DNA of 64,000 nt from Candidatus Binatia bacterium. Its GTDB lineage: Bacteria > Desulfobacterota > Binatia > Bin18. How positions within the stretch are numbered: the stretch's first letter is position 1; every line of letters starts with the position of its first letter. The position numbers and the translations under genes are program-made. Below, piece after piece: positions 45,921 to 55,767 of this stretch. The notes beneath the pieces are model-generated. The model was not told the DNA's origin and made no database searches. It was given only the letters and a program-made list of their open reading frames with translations. The DNA is taken from contig OZ246888.1 of NCBI GenBank assembly GCA_965231775.1, positions 2,074,947 to 2,138,946 on the forward strand, given 5' to 3'.

Positions 45921-47686
45921 ACCCCTACGCCTTCGGCATCATCACGAGCATCGTGATCTACCTGTTGATCGGAAATTACGCCGGCCGGCGGGTAAAAGAT
46001 GTCGATGATTATTTCGTTGCGGGGCGTGACAGCTCGACCTTGCTGATAGCCGGCACCCTGGTCGCGAGCTACCTGAGCACCGCCGCGTTCCTGGGTGAAA
46101 CCGGGTTTACGTATCAAGGGCACGGCGCGATCCTCATGATCCTGGTCGGGGTCAATATCGTCGGCTACGTACTGGGCGCGGCGTTCTTCGGCCGCTATGT
46201 CAGACGCAGCCAGGCGATAACAGTTGCCGAGTTCTTCGGCAAGCGTTTTAACAGTCGGCGCGTTCAGGCCGCCGCGGGCGTGACGGTTATCGGGGGTGTC
46301 ACCGCCTATTTGCTGGCGGTGACCCAGGGGGCATCACTTGCGATATCGGAAGTGATGCATATTCCCTATGACGTGACTTTGCTGATCGTCTGGATCGGTT
46401 ACACCTCGTTCACCATATATTCCGGCTCGAAAGGCGTGGTGTTGACGGATACCGTCATGTACCTGCTGTTCACCTTCGTCGGTGTCCTCTCTCTCTACTA
46501 CATCCTTGGTGAGACCGGGGGATGGTTCGCCACCATCGAGTCCTTGGCGGTATACGAAGCCAAGCCGGACATCATCTCTTGGCACGGTGTCGTCGGATCC
46601 GATTCGCGCTGGCAAACCTCGTTCGATTCAGTTGGCTGGGGTCTCGTGCTCGGGATCGCGTGGGCATTCACGATTGCGGTGAGCCCGTGGCAATCGAGCC
46701 GCTACCTCATGGCGAAAAACGAGCACACCGTGATTCGATCGGCCTGCTTCGCGAGCGCGTCGGTCGTGGTGCTGTATTGGGCGTTGGTGGTGTCCGCCGC
46801 CGCCGTCAATCTCCTCAACCCGGATATCGAGCCCAACGAAAGGGCAATGATCTGGGCGGCTTTCAGCGCCATGCCGACCTATGCGGGCGTGTTGTTCATG
46901 ACCGGCGTGGTGGCTGCCGCCCTGTCCTCGGCGTCGACATTTCTCTCCTTGATTGGATTCAGCGCGACGAACGATCTGGTCGAGATTCGTGAGGGCGATG
47001 AACGTCGCAAGCTCCGGTTGAGCCGCTACACCATGCTGGCGACCGGGATCGTCATCTTGATCGTGGCGTATTTCCAACCGCCCGCGATCATGATGATCAG
47101 CTATTTTGCGGCGACGCTGTTTTCATCGTCGTGGGGACCGGTGGCCTTCATGAGCGTGTGGAGTAAACGCATCACGGCAGACGGGGCTTTTTGGGGGATC
47201 GTCGTCGGCTTCGTTGGGAACCTGATACCGAAGATCCTCTCGGTATTCGAGGTGATATACTTGCCGGTTTATCTCGATCCATTCGTGATTGGCATCGTAT
47301 TGAGCCTCATCACGATAATTCTTGTATCGCGAAATAGCCGGGTCACCGAGGAGGAATATCTTTATCGTATGCAGGTCCATCAAACGCCGCCCACCGAATA
47401 TGATCCCTCACTGACTGCCAAAACCTTGTGGTTCGCGAAAGGTTTAATGGTCTGCGGCGCGGCCCTGACGATACTCATGATCGTGTTTTACGTGTTGCCG
47501 TACGAGCATGCGGTCGGGCACAAGGCCGGACTACCTGTGTCTGGCCCGGTGGTTCTTGTCATGAGCGGCGAGCTGATTCTCTCGATAGGGTACGGCGGTA
47601 TCCTCTTCCTGTGCGGTGCGTTCGCCTACTGGTGGACTAAGCGCTCCTACGGCGAACGTCACGAGGGGCCGGATCAACATTCGTAG
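45917..47686 (+). CDS. Sodium:solute symporter family transporter.
   Basis: 589 aa, multi-TM, with the SSF-typical N-terminus (DYFVAGR...). ATGA overlap with the upstream gene. Confidence 0.85.
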   Translation: MNPYAFGIITSIVIYLLIGNYAGRRVKDVDDYFVAGRDSSTLLIAGTLVASYLSTAAFLGETGFTYQGHGAILMILVGVNIVGYVLGAAFFGRYVRRSQAITVAEFFGKRFNSRRVQAAAGVTVIGGVTAYLLAVTQGASLAISEVMHIPYDVTLLIVWIGYTSFTIYSGSKGVVLTDTVMYLLFTFVGVLSLYYILGETGGWFATIESLAVYEAKPDIISWHGVVGSDSRWQTSFDSVGWGLVLGIAWAFTIAVSPWQSSRYLMAKNEHTVIRSACFASASVVVLYWALVVSAAAVNLLNPDIEPNERAMIWAAFSAMPTYAGVLFMTGVVAAALSSASTFLSLIGFSATNDLVEIREGDERRKLRLSRYTMLATGIVILIVAYFQPPAIMMISYFAATLFSSSWGPVAFMSVWSKRITADGAFWGIVVGFVGNLIPKILSVFEVIYLPVYLDPFVIGIVLSLITIILVSRNSRVTEEEYLYRMQVHQTPPTEYDPSLTAKTLWFAKGLMVCGAALTILMIVFYVLPYEHAVGHKAGLPVSGPVVLVMSGELILSIGYGGILFLCGAFAYWWTKRSYGERHEGPDQHS

Positions 47687-47716
47687 CCCGCGAGAAACCC
47701 CGGCCAGATACACGCT

Positions 47717-47983
47717 ATGAAAAAGCTGACCGCCTCCGAGGCGAGGAAAAATTGGTTTCGAGTGCTTGATGAAGTCGCTGCCGGGGAAGTCGTTGTCCTG
47801 GAGCGGAAGGGGCAGAGGCCCGTTTTACGCAGGGAAGACAAAAAAGTCATAAAATCGAAGCAACAATTTCCTGACTATACACGTCTCCTGCGTGTTCCTG
47901 ATGCCGATCAAGCTGACCGGTGGAGTTGGGACTGGCAAGGGGAAAGCCAAGACCTCATGTCGATCTCTCGGAAAAAACAGTGA
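47717..47983 (+). CDS. Phd/YefM-like antitoxin-fold protein with a C-terminal extension.
   Basis: MKKLTASEARKNWFRVLDEVAAGEVVVLERKGQRPVL has the Phd/YefM N-terminal pattern. Confidence 0.5.
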   Translation: MKKLTASEARKNWFRVLDEVAAGEVVVLERKGQRPVLRREDKKVIKSKQQFPDYTRLLRVPDADQADRWSWDWQGESQDLMSISRKKQ

Positions 47984-48044
47984 CTATTCTGCTGGATATT
48001 CATTCGATGACTTCATGTTGTCATTCCAATGATGGTATGCCATC

Positions 48045-48311
48045 ATGCCAAATATGATTCGGACTCAGGTACAGCTTAAAGAACAGCAGTTGCGCCGATT
48101 GCGGGCACTTGCTGCGGAGCGAGGATTATCGATTTCCGAGTTGGTGCGTAACGGAGTGGATCATATCCTCAGTCACGCCGAGCGAGGGGAGCACGGAGAC
48201 CGGGCGCAGCGTGCAATCGCCGCCGCGGGACGCTTCCATTCCGGACGCGCCGACGTGGCCCGTCGCCATGACGCCTATCTTGCCGCCGCTTATGAAACAC
48301 CCGAGGGGTGA
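48045..48311 (+). CDS. Ribbon-helix-helix antitoxin.
   Basis: MIRTQVQLKEQQLRRLRALAAERGLSISELVRNGV is an RHH. Overlaps the downstream PIN gene start. Confidence 0.65.
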   Translation: MPNMIRTQVQLKEQQLRRLRALAAERGLSISELVRNGVDHILSHAERGEHGDRAQRAIAAAGRFHSGRADVARRHDAYLAAAYETPEG

Positions 48312-48708
48312 AGAAGTATTTATCGACACGTCCGCTTTCTATGCTGTGCTGGACGCGGCCGATGAGGTGCATGCTCGGGCACGTGTGGGGTGGATGGGAC
48401 TGATCCGCGACGGCAACCCATTGGTGACCTCGAACTACGTATGTGTGGAGACCTGCGCTCTTGTTCAAGCGAGGCTCGGTATGGATGCCGTGCGTATTTT
48501 GTTCGACGATATGCTGCCGATGGTGACCGTGGTCATGCTCGATGAGACACTCCACACGAACGCTATCGCAACCTTGCTCGGAGCCAATAGGCGGAACCTG
48601 AGCTTAGTGGACTGCACGAGCTTTGCGATGATGCGCCACCGCGGCACGAGCACGGTATTTGCCTTTGACCAGCACTTTGCCGAACAAGGTTTCCAACTCG
48701 TGTCGTAG
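48289..48708 (+). CDS. vapC: PIN-domain toxin (VapC family).
   Basis: VFIDTSAFYAVLDAADEVH...SNYVCVETCAL...SLVDCTSFAMM has the PIN acidic residues. The start is at MKHPRGEE (48289), inside track ORF 48109..48708. Confidence 0.75.
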   Translation, partial: LMKHPRGEEVFIDTSAFYAVLDAADEVHARARVGWMGLIRDGNPLVTSNYVCVETCALVQARLGMDAVRILFDDMLPMVTVVMLDETLHTNAIATLLGANRRNLSLVDCTSFAMMRHRGTSTVFAFDQHFAEQGFQLVS

Positions 48709-48730
48709 GCTCTGTGATCCCAGCCTAAAC

Positions 48731-48762
48731 AAAAAAGGGCGCACCGCGGTGCGCCCTTTTTT
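48731..48762. terminator. Bidirectional rho-independent terminator between convergent genes.
   Basis: AAAAAA-GGGCGCACCGCGGTGCGCCC-TTTTTT: a perfect GC-rich palindromic stem flanked by A6 and T6. Confidence 0.75.
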
Positions 48763-48786
48763 GTTCCGATGAATGCAGAATGTCTG

Positions 48787-50028
48787 CTACTCCAACACCT
48801 CGGCAATCACTAACTCGGTGATCTTCTCCTCGTTATAGCCCAGAATATTCTCCAACACGTTCTGATTCTCACGTCCCAGCGTCGGGGCAGAGCGGTTAAT
48901 CTCCGCCGGGGTGCGGGAGAATTTGAAACGGCTGCCTTCGACGGTAGTCTTGCCGAAGTCGGGATGCTCCAGGTCTACAAAGTGCTCACGGTGCTGAAGC
49001 TGCTTGTCCTCGTACAATTCGTTTATGGTTTCGACTGCGCTGGCCGGAACGTTTTTGGCCTGGAGCTTTTCTTCGGCTTCATATGGGTTGAACTGGTTGC
49101 TCCAGGCGTTGATGGCTTTATCGATCTCGTCCTGATTGGCCAGCCGGCCTTTGACGGTGGCAAGACGCTCGTCACTGCCGAGGTCCGGGCGGTTCATGGT
49201 CTCGCACAGCGAGCGCCACTGGTCGTCGGTTTCCACGCCGATCGCTACCCAGCGATCCTCTCCTGCGGACGGATACACCCCGTGCGGGGCGAAGTTCATA
49301 TCCCGGTTGCCCATACGGGTCTGGGTCCGTCCGTTGACGGTTTGATCTAAAAGAAACGGCGCCAGAAAATGGAGGGCGGCTTCGGCCTGCGCCAGGTCAA
49401 TATGCTGGCCTTTGCCAGTCTGGTGCTTGTGTTCCAATGCCGCTAGCACGGCCGCGGCGTTATACCAGGGTGCAATATAGTCGGTGTAGGCACCGAATGG
49501 TCCAGCCGGCTCGCGGTCGGGCCAGCCGGTGGGATCGAAAAATCCTGAGACGGCGGCCGCCAGATTCCCAAACCCGGCGAAGTGAGAATGCGGCCCGGTC
49601 TGGCCCATCAGACAGGTGCTGAGCATGATGATGTCAGGCTTGATTTTTGTGAGCGACTCGTAGTCAAAGCCCCACTCCCGCATGGCTTTGGGAGAAAAGG
49701 ACTCGGTCACCACGTCGGCCCAGCGCACCAGGTCCAAAATGATGTCGCGCGACTCCGGTTTGGACAGATTCAGGGTCATCGGCAGTTTGCCCGTGTTCAT
49801 ATTATTGTACAAACCGGAGTTGTTCGGGCCGGGTTGCTTGTTTTGAAAAGGCCCGACCATGCGCACCGCGTCAAAACGGGTGGTGGATTCAACCCGCACG
49901 ACGGTCGCCCCGTAGTCGGCCAAAATACGCGTCGAGCCAGGGCCGGCCATGGCCCACATGAAATCGAGTACTTTGACCCCAGCCAGGGCTTGATTACTTT
50001 TACTGCCAGTCTGTTGTCCCTCTGCCAT
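48787..50028 (-). CDS. CoA transferase family III (CaiB/BaiF-like).
   Basis: LAGVKVLDFMWAMAGPGSTRILADYGATVVRVE N-terminus. 413 aa. Confidence 0.85.
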   Translation of the reverse strand: MAEGQQTGSKSNQALAGVKVLDFMWAMAGPGSTRILADYGATVVRVESTTRFDAVRMVGPFQNKQPGPNNSGLYNNMNTGKLPMTLNLSKPESRDIILDLVRWADVVTESFSPKAMREWGFDYESLTKIKPDIIMLSTCLMGQTGPHSHFAGFGNLAAAVSGFFDPTGWPDREPAGPFGAYTDYIAPWYNAAAVLAALEHKHQTGKGQHIDLAQAEAALHFLAPFLLDQTVNGRTQTRMGNRDMNFAPHGVYPSAGEDRWVAIGVETDDQWRSLCETMNRPDLGSDERLATVKGRLANQDEIDKAINAWSNQFNPYEAEEKLQAKNVPASAVETINELYEDKQLQHREHFVDLEHPDFGKTTVEGSRFKFSRTPAEINRSAPTLGRENQNVLENILGYNEEKITELVIAEVLE

Positions 50029-50054
50029 GGTTACTCCTCCTGAGTGAGTCTCGG

Positions 50055-51296
50055 TCAGATTATCCCTTTGTTTTGCAACTCTGCTAAGGCTTGGGCGTCA
50101 AGGCCGAGTTCGCCATAGACCTCGACATTGTGCTCACCAATCCTCGGCGGACGCCGCTTATAGTCAATCGGCTGCTCGCTGAACTTGGCAAACGGACCGG
50201 GATAAGCAAAGGCTTTGCCCATCTCCTCATGGTCAACCGCAGTCCAGTATTGACGCGACTCCAACTGCTCGCTTTCGACGACCTCGTCAATCGTGGTGAC
50301 CGGGGCGACAAGCAGGCCACGGTCCAGGGCGTTCCGGAACAGCTCTTCTTTGGTTTTGGTCTTGGTGAAATCTTCAACGATCAGTTTGAGGCGTTCATAG
50401 TCTTCAAGCGTTTTCGGGTCGCCACCAAACAGGCCGCCGCCCATATTAACCCAGTCCATCTGTTGGACTTCTTTGTCACAAAACCCCTCTTCATAGATCC
50501 AGTCCATCAGACGCTTGGTGAAATGGGCAAACGCCGAGCCAAACAGATAGGCAATCGAAACATGCCCGTCTTTCGCCGGCCAGAGCAGGCGGATTTCCAA
50601 CGGCCCCATTTTTGCTCCACCGGCCATCCGGCGGGTTTCCGCATCGTTGAGCGGAGCCGAGAGTATGGTTGACTGGGTTGCCTGGGCCGCCGCCTGCTGG
50701 GCGGAAATATCAATATGCTGACCGTGGTTTGAGCGGTGGGATTCGTACAGGGCAATCAGCGCGGCCGGCGCCGCCGCGGCGCTGGCGTGCAGATAGCCCT
50801 GGGGCAGGCTCAGGCGGACCGGCGGGCGGTCTTCGTCGCCGGTAATGACGAGCGGCCCGCTGCTGGCCAGAATAATCAGATCGCTGTCCGCATAGCTGGC
50901 TTTCGGGCCGTCTTGTCCAAAGGGGGTAATCGAGACATAAATCAGCCCCGGATTGTCCGCCGCTAACTCGTCATAGCTCAAGCCGTATTGGGCCAGGCTG
51001 CCGGGATTGTCCGATTCGATCAGAAATTTTGCGTCTCGTGCCAGACGCCGAAGAAGGCCCTGTCCTTCGGATTGCGTGATATCGAGCGTGACCCCCCGTT
51101 TATTGCGGTTATAGGCCCACCAGTAGAGCGAGTTCTCCGCATCTTCTTGATCCTGATAGAAGGGCCCCAGCTTGCGAGCCGAGGAGCCGCCGGGGGGCTC
51201 GATTTTAATCACGTCAGCGCCAAGATCGGCCAGGATTTGGCCACACAGCAGTCCGCGTTCTGTTGTCAGATCAAGAACTCGATAAGGGTTGAGCAT
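50055..51296 (-). CDS. CoA transferase family III (CaiB/BaiF-like), tandem paralog.
   Basis: YRVLDLTTERGLLCGQILADLGADVIKIE N-terminus. 413 aa. Confidence 0.85.
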   Translation of the reverse strand: MLNPYRVLDLTTERGLLCGQILADLGADVIKIEPPGGSSARKLGPFYQDQEDAENSLYWWAYNRNKRGVTLDITQSEGQGLLRRLARDAKFLIESDNPGSLAQYGLSYDELAADNPGLIYVSITPFGQDGPKASYADSDLIILASSGPLVITGDEDRPPVRLSLPQGYLHASAAAAPAALIALYESHRSNHGQHIDISAQQAAAQATQSTILSAPLNDAETRRMAGGAKMGPLEIRLLWPAKDGHVSIAYLFGSAFAHFTKRLMDWIYEEGFCDKEVQQMDWVNMGGGLFGGDPKTLEDYERLKLIVEDFTKTKTKEELFRNALDRGLLVAPVTTIDEVVESEQLESRQYWTAVDHEEMGKAFAYPGPFAKFSEQPIDYKRRPPRIGEHNVEVYGELGLDAQALAELQNKGII

Positions 51297-51478
51297 TCGG
51301 CGACTCCTACACTAGCGATGACGGTGATTTTTCAGCATCGGTATGAGCTTTCCCCCATAGCTCCCTTGGCGAGAACAGGCAAGCCCCGATTTGATGCCCG
51401 CCGGATACTTCGTGTGGGCTCTGCTCAGGCGATATGGTATTGACGGCCTAGCGCCTGCGCGCGAACGTGGAGTACCTC

Positions 51479-51622
51479 ATGATCTGTCCGCGCTGCCGAA
51501 CAAAAATGAAAGTAGAGGCGCACCGGCCTCATAAACGCGAAAAATGGCGCTGCCCTCAGTGTGGCAAAATCCGTATGAAACCCGCGTCCTACCGTCGGCA
51601 TAAACGGCGGGAGCGAGTTGAG
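51479..51622 (+). CDS. Candidate small zinc-ribbon protein (47 aa).
   Basis: MICPRCRTKMKVEAHRPHKREKWRCPQCGKIRMKPASYRRHKRRERVE* with two CxxC pairs. Below the ORF-track length cutoff. No strong RBS was seen. Confidence 0.35.
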
Positions 51623-51661
51623 TAGAGAAGCAACTGAGGTATGGAGCCGGGATGCTAATCC

Positions 51662-52122
51662 TCAGGGGGCAGGAAGCTCCTCGACCGGCTCCTTACGGCT
51701 GTCAACATAGGCCTTCATGAGTCCTGGCAGGTCAATAGGCGACTCTGTCTCTCTGAGCTCGCCGCCGGGCGGGATAATTGTATCCGACCCGCCAAGCGAG
51801 ATCAGGACATAGGGGCCGCCGAGCAAACCCTTGGTGTGAACGGACGCGATCGCGTCTTCCTGAAGCTCAATATCACTGTCTATGGTCAGGCGGACTCTCG
51901 CCCGCGTGCCCGTGAGCTGGACGCTATCAACCCGGCCGACGCGGACACCGGCGATCTCGACAGGGGTGCCCGGCCCCAGGCCGGTGGCACTTTCAAAGTC
52001 GGCATAGATGGTATACCCCCAGGCGTTATACAGCACGGTTTCTCCGAGTGAAGAGAACAGATAGAAGGCGCTTGCGGTTCCAAGAATCAGGAAACCCACG
52101 ACGCTGAGGACGATCCGTTGCA
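51662..52122 (-). CDS. mlaD: MlaD/MCE-family protein.
   Basis: An N-terminal TM helix followed by GLGPGTPVEIAGVRVGRVDSVQL, the MCE-domain signature. The start is at MQRIVL; the track starts at 52180. Confidence 0.7.
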
Positions 52123-52208
52123 TGGCCTGGCAGCCTAGCAGACCACCCCTTATCTCCCAAGACCCTCCACCCATTCTCATGGCAGGTCACACGGCTCTAC
52201 AAGAGGAT

Positions 52209-53114
52209 ATGAAAAACGCGGGCGAGGAGAGCGCTTTGCGACTTTTTTGTCTTTTTGTTCTCTGTAGCCTTTTATTCGGCCATCTCCAAAAGGCCTGGGC
52301 CGATAATACCGCTTTGGTCGCCCAGGGACAGTATGTCTTTGCCTTAGCCGGCGGGTGTGGCTGCCATACGGCGGACAAGGGGCCCACCAACGCAGGCGGG
52401 CGGCCGATTGAAACCCCTTATGGACGGTTTTACGGGACGAATATTACGCCCGACCCGGTCCACGGTATTGGGACCTGGACGGACCGGGAAATCATCGACG
52501 CCATCCGGCTGGGGGTGAAACCCGATGGGACGGTCATGAGTCCGGTCATGCCATACCCGGCCCTGAGCGGCATGACGGATGAAGATGTCACGGCGTTGGT
52601 GGCTTTCCTGCGCAGCCGTGAGTCCGTCGCGCAGGAAAATCTTCCCCACGAGGTCTCTATTCCGTTTTCCGGGCTTGCCATGCGTGTCTGGCGCTGGCTG
52701 TTCTTTGAACCGGTTGAAACTCAGGCAACAGCCTGGGCGGAGCCCATTGCCCGAGGCCGCTACATCAGCGAACATCTCGCCCATTGCCAAGAGTGCCATA
52801 CGCCGCGCACGGTGTTTGGCACTCTCGACCGGACGCGTGATCTCGCCGGGAATCCGGCCGGCATTGACGGTGAGGTCGCGCCCAATATTACCCCGGATGA
52901 CGAGACGGGTATCGGACAGTGGAGTGAGGGAGATATCGTTTCCCTGCTACGTACCGGCTTTCTCCCGAATTTTGATAATGTCCAGGGGCTGATGGCGGTA
53001 GTGATTGATGGGGTGCCCGGAGGCGGGTACAAAGACATGACGGATGAAGACGCCCATGCTGTTGCCGCATATCTGAAATCGGTTGTTCCAAGGAGGCAGG
53101 CAGAATCGGAATAG
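52209..53114 (+). CDS. Diheme c-type cytochrome.
   Basis: Signal peptide and two CxxCH motifs (GGCGCH, CQECH). AAGAGGA precedes the ATG at 52209. The track starts at 52122. Confidence 0.75.
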   Translation: MKNAGEESALRLFCLFVLCSLLFGHLQKAWADNTALVAQGQYVFALAGGCGCHTADKGPTNAGGRPIETPYGRFYGTNITPDPVHGIGTWTDREIIDAIRLGVKPDGTVMSPVMPYPALSGMTDEDVTALVAFLRSRESVAQENLPHEVSIPFSGLAMRVWRWLFFEPVETQATAWAEPIARGRYISEHLAHCQECHTPRTVFGTLDRTRDLAGNPAGIDGEVAPNITPDDETGIGQWSEGDIVSLLRTGFLPNFDNVQGLMAVVIDGVPGGGYKDMTDEDAHAVAAYLKSVVPRRQAESE

Positions 53115-53145
53115 CGTGGAGCTTTCGTAAAGAGGAGGTAGTGCA

Positions 53146-53643
53146 ATGAAAGGGATGGTTATCCGTGTGGTTCGTGGGGTTTTGATCAGCGTTAGTGTGA
53201 TGGCAGGGGGGCTGCATACTATGGGTGGGCTGAGTTTTGGGCATGAAAACCACCCCACCCAGATGCCGGACCCGCAGCAGACGGTGGCGTTTCGCACCTA
53301 TCTGATGGAGAATATCGGAGCCAATGCCAAGGAGATGAAAGGCAAGATTGATGCCGGTAAGCTCTCAGAGGCAAAAATGAATGCGGCCGCCATAGCCCTT
53401 CATTCCACCCGCATCGCGGCACTCTTTCCTGAGGGCAGCACGTCGGACGCCTCTCGGGCGAAAGAGGAAATTTGGCAAACCTGGGACGCTTTTCTTGCCT
53501 CAGCCACAGAGTTGAGTACGGAAGCGAACGCGCTGACTATGGCTGCGGGAGAAGATAATGCCGCCTCAGTCAAAGAACATATGCAAAAGATGTTCGGGAC
53601 GTGCAAAGGCTGTCACGACCAGTTTCGCAAGCCGGAAGAATAA
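53146..53643 (+). CDS. Cytochrome c'-like (class II cytochrome c) protein.
   Basis: Signal peptide, a four-helix-bundle-like length (165 aa), and a single C-terminal CKGCH heme motif. Confidence 0.7.
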   Translation: MKGMVIRVVRGVLISVSVMAGGLHTMGGLSFGHENHPTQMPDPQQTVAFRTYLMENIGANAKEMKGKIDAGKLSEAKMNAAAIALHSTRIAALFPEGSTSDASRAKEEIWQTWDAFLASATELSTEANALTMAAGEDNAASVKEHMQKMFGTCKGCHDQFRKPEE

Positions 53644-53726
53644 GCCCGTGGGGGAGTTATATTGCTCCTTGGCAAAAAACGTGAGATAAAAAAATTCAGT
53701 AATTCTCTTGGCAAAAGGAGTCTCTC

Positions 53727-55016
53727 GTGTCCGGTGCTGTTGGGTTCCAAGCGCTGACAAGCCGTAATGCCGTGCTGAGCAGCGCAGAAAATTTCATCCT
53801 GTACCTGCTCATGGAGACCAAGCCGCAGGGTGGGGGCGTGCGCCTGCCGCTCAATCTTGGCATTGTCCTTGACCGTAGCGGTTCCATGTATGACGAACAG
53901 CGGCTTGATCACGTCATCGAGGCCATCAAATATCTGATCGATAATCTTGGTCCGGATGACAAGGCGGCGGTGATCGCGTTTGCCGATCGGGCAGAAGTTG
54001 CGGCAACGGCAGACCGGGTCGCGACTGATGCCGCCGGGGTGAAACGGGCCATTGACGATCTCGATCTCCTGGAGATTGGGGGCGGGACACAAATGGCGCT
54101 GGGCATGGAAGCGGCGCTTACCGAGGTGGAGAAGCATTATTCGCCGAACCGCCTGAACCGGCTGCTGCTCCTGACCGACGGCCAGACGTATGAGGAGCGC
54201 AAATGTCTGGAACTCGCCCGTCAACACCGGGAGCGCATTTCGTGCAGTACGCTTGGGGTGGGGATTGAGTTCAATGAAAAATTACTGATGGAAATGGCCG
54301 AGGAGAGTGGCGCCAATTATCACTTTATCGATACCCCGACCTCCATTCCGAATATTTTTTCCAGTGAACTTCAGGGACTGCGGAACGTCGTCCTGACCAA
54401 CGCGCGTATTGAGATGCAACTCAGCGCCGGGGTGCAGGTGAAAGAAGCCTTTCGCGCCAGTCCTCAGATTTACCCCATAAAAGAGATTACGCCCGACGCT
54501 AACCGGACGCTTTCCCTGTCGTTGGGAGATATTGAAGCCGGAACGCCAAGCTCAGCATTAGCCGTACTCGTCTTGCCGCCCCGCCGACCCGGCCGGGTGC
54601 GGCTGGCGCGAGCCGAGCTATATTACGATACGCCCGAGGCTAAGAACCAGCACGAAAGCGTGGACGTGGTGGTGAATTATACGCTTGAGCGCTCGGAGCT
54701 TGGCCAGGCAAACGGCTATGTGATGAATCTGGTCGATCAAGTCAGTGTCGCCAAGATTCAGATGCAGGCTGAGGCAGCTATGGCTGCCGGCAACACGGAT
54801 AAGGCCACGCGATTATTGGGTAATGCCATAGCCGGCACGCAACGCCTGGGGAATACGAAAGCAACCCAAGCGCTGGAGGGGCTCCAGAGTGAGTTGAAGA
54901 AGACCCAGAGTCTTGCGACCGGGGCTGCCAAGACCCAGTTGCTGAGCGCTCAGGCAACCCTCCGAAAAACGCAGCAGCTTGATCCTGAAAGCGTCAAGGA
55001 TGCGCTCCGGGATTAA
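53727..55016 (+). CDS. VWA domain protein (TerY-like).
   Basis: LDRSGSM MIDAS motif, LLTDGQ, and a coiled C-terminal half. Confidence 0.8.
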   Translation: MSGAVGFQALTSRNAVLSSAENFILYLLMETKPQGGGVRLPLNLGIVLDRSGSMYDEQRLDHVIEAIKYLIDNLGPDDKAAVIAFADRAEVAATADRVATDAAGVKRAIDDLDLLEIGGGTQMALGMEAALTEVEKHYSPNRLNRLLLLTDGQTYEERKCLELARQHRERISCSTLGVGIEFNEKLLMEMAEESGANYHFIDTPTSIPNIFSSELQGLRNVVLTNARIEMQLSAGVQVKEAFRASPQIYPIKEITPDANRTLSLSLGDIEAGTPSSALAVLVLPPRRPGRVRLARAELYYDTPEAKNQHESVDVVVNYTLERSELGQANGYVMNLVDQVSVAKIQMQAEAAMAAGNTDKATRLLGNAIAGTQRLGNTKATQALEGLQSELKKTQSLATGAAKTQLLSAQATLRKTQQLDPESVKDALRD

Positions 55017-55054
55017 GCTCCACCACAGATGCAGCCCATGAAGGAGATGAGAGC

Positions 55055-55708
55055 ATGATTCGCTGTGCGGAATGCAATGAAGAAAATGTGGATGGCCTGG
55101 AGTACTGTGATAGCTGCGGAGCGAAACTCGAAGTGATAGCGACGGAAGCCGCGGCCGCCGATGCTCCCGACAGCCCAGCCGCAGAGGAGGCTCCCGCCGA
55201 AATTGAGGCAAGTACGGAGACCGCGGCAGAAGAAGCCACGTCTGAGCCTGCTGAGACTGAGACCGCTGAAGCTAAAGGCGAGGAGAGTGCGGAGGTGGCT
55301 GGGGATGAGCCCACGGAGACGGCGGTAGAAGAAGCCGTGCCTGAAGCCGCTGCTCTCAGCGAGGAACAGGCGGCGGTCGGTAGCGCTGCGCTCACCATCA
55401 CCCGTGGTGGCACGGTGGGAAAAGTCTTTGAGCTCCAAGCCGGAGACAATCTGGTTGGTCGGTGGGACCCGGATTCCGGTTCTTTTCCTGAAGTCGATAT
55501 GGAAAACGATGATCCGGAAGCGCGCATCTCCCGCAAACACGCGCTGATAAAGTTCGGGACCGAGTTGACGATTGAAGATATCGGGAGTCTGAACGGGACG
55601 TTTGTCAACCGGGGACAACGTCTTGAGCCAGGCTCGCCCGCCCCCCTCAAGGATGGAGACGAGATCATCATAGGCAAAACCTTCTTTAAGGTGTCGCGCG
55701 TGCAATGA
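55055..55708 (+). CDS. Zinc-ribbon + acidic linker + FHA domain protein.
   Basis: N-terminal CAECN...CDSCG. The C-terminal FHA reads GRWDPD...ISRKHALIKF...SLNGTFVN. Confidence 0.8.
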   Translation: MIRCAECNEENVDGLEYCDSCGAKLEVIATEAAAADAPDSPAAEEAPAEIEASTETAAEEATSEPAETETAEAKGEESAEVAGDEPTETAVEEAVPEAAALSEEQAAVGSAALTITRGGTVGKVFELQAGDNLVGRWDPDSGSFPEVDMENDDPEARISRKHALIKFGTELTIEDIGSLNGTFVNRGQRLEPGSPAPLKDGDEIIIGKTFFKVSRVQ

Positions 55709-55767
55709 GGCTGCGCTGGCCGTTCTGGAAGTGGCGAAACTGAGCACCCTGAGTGGACTGGTGATGC

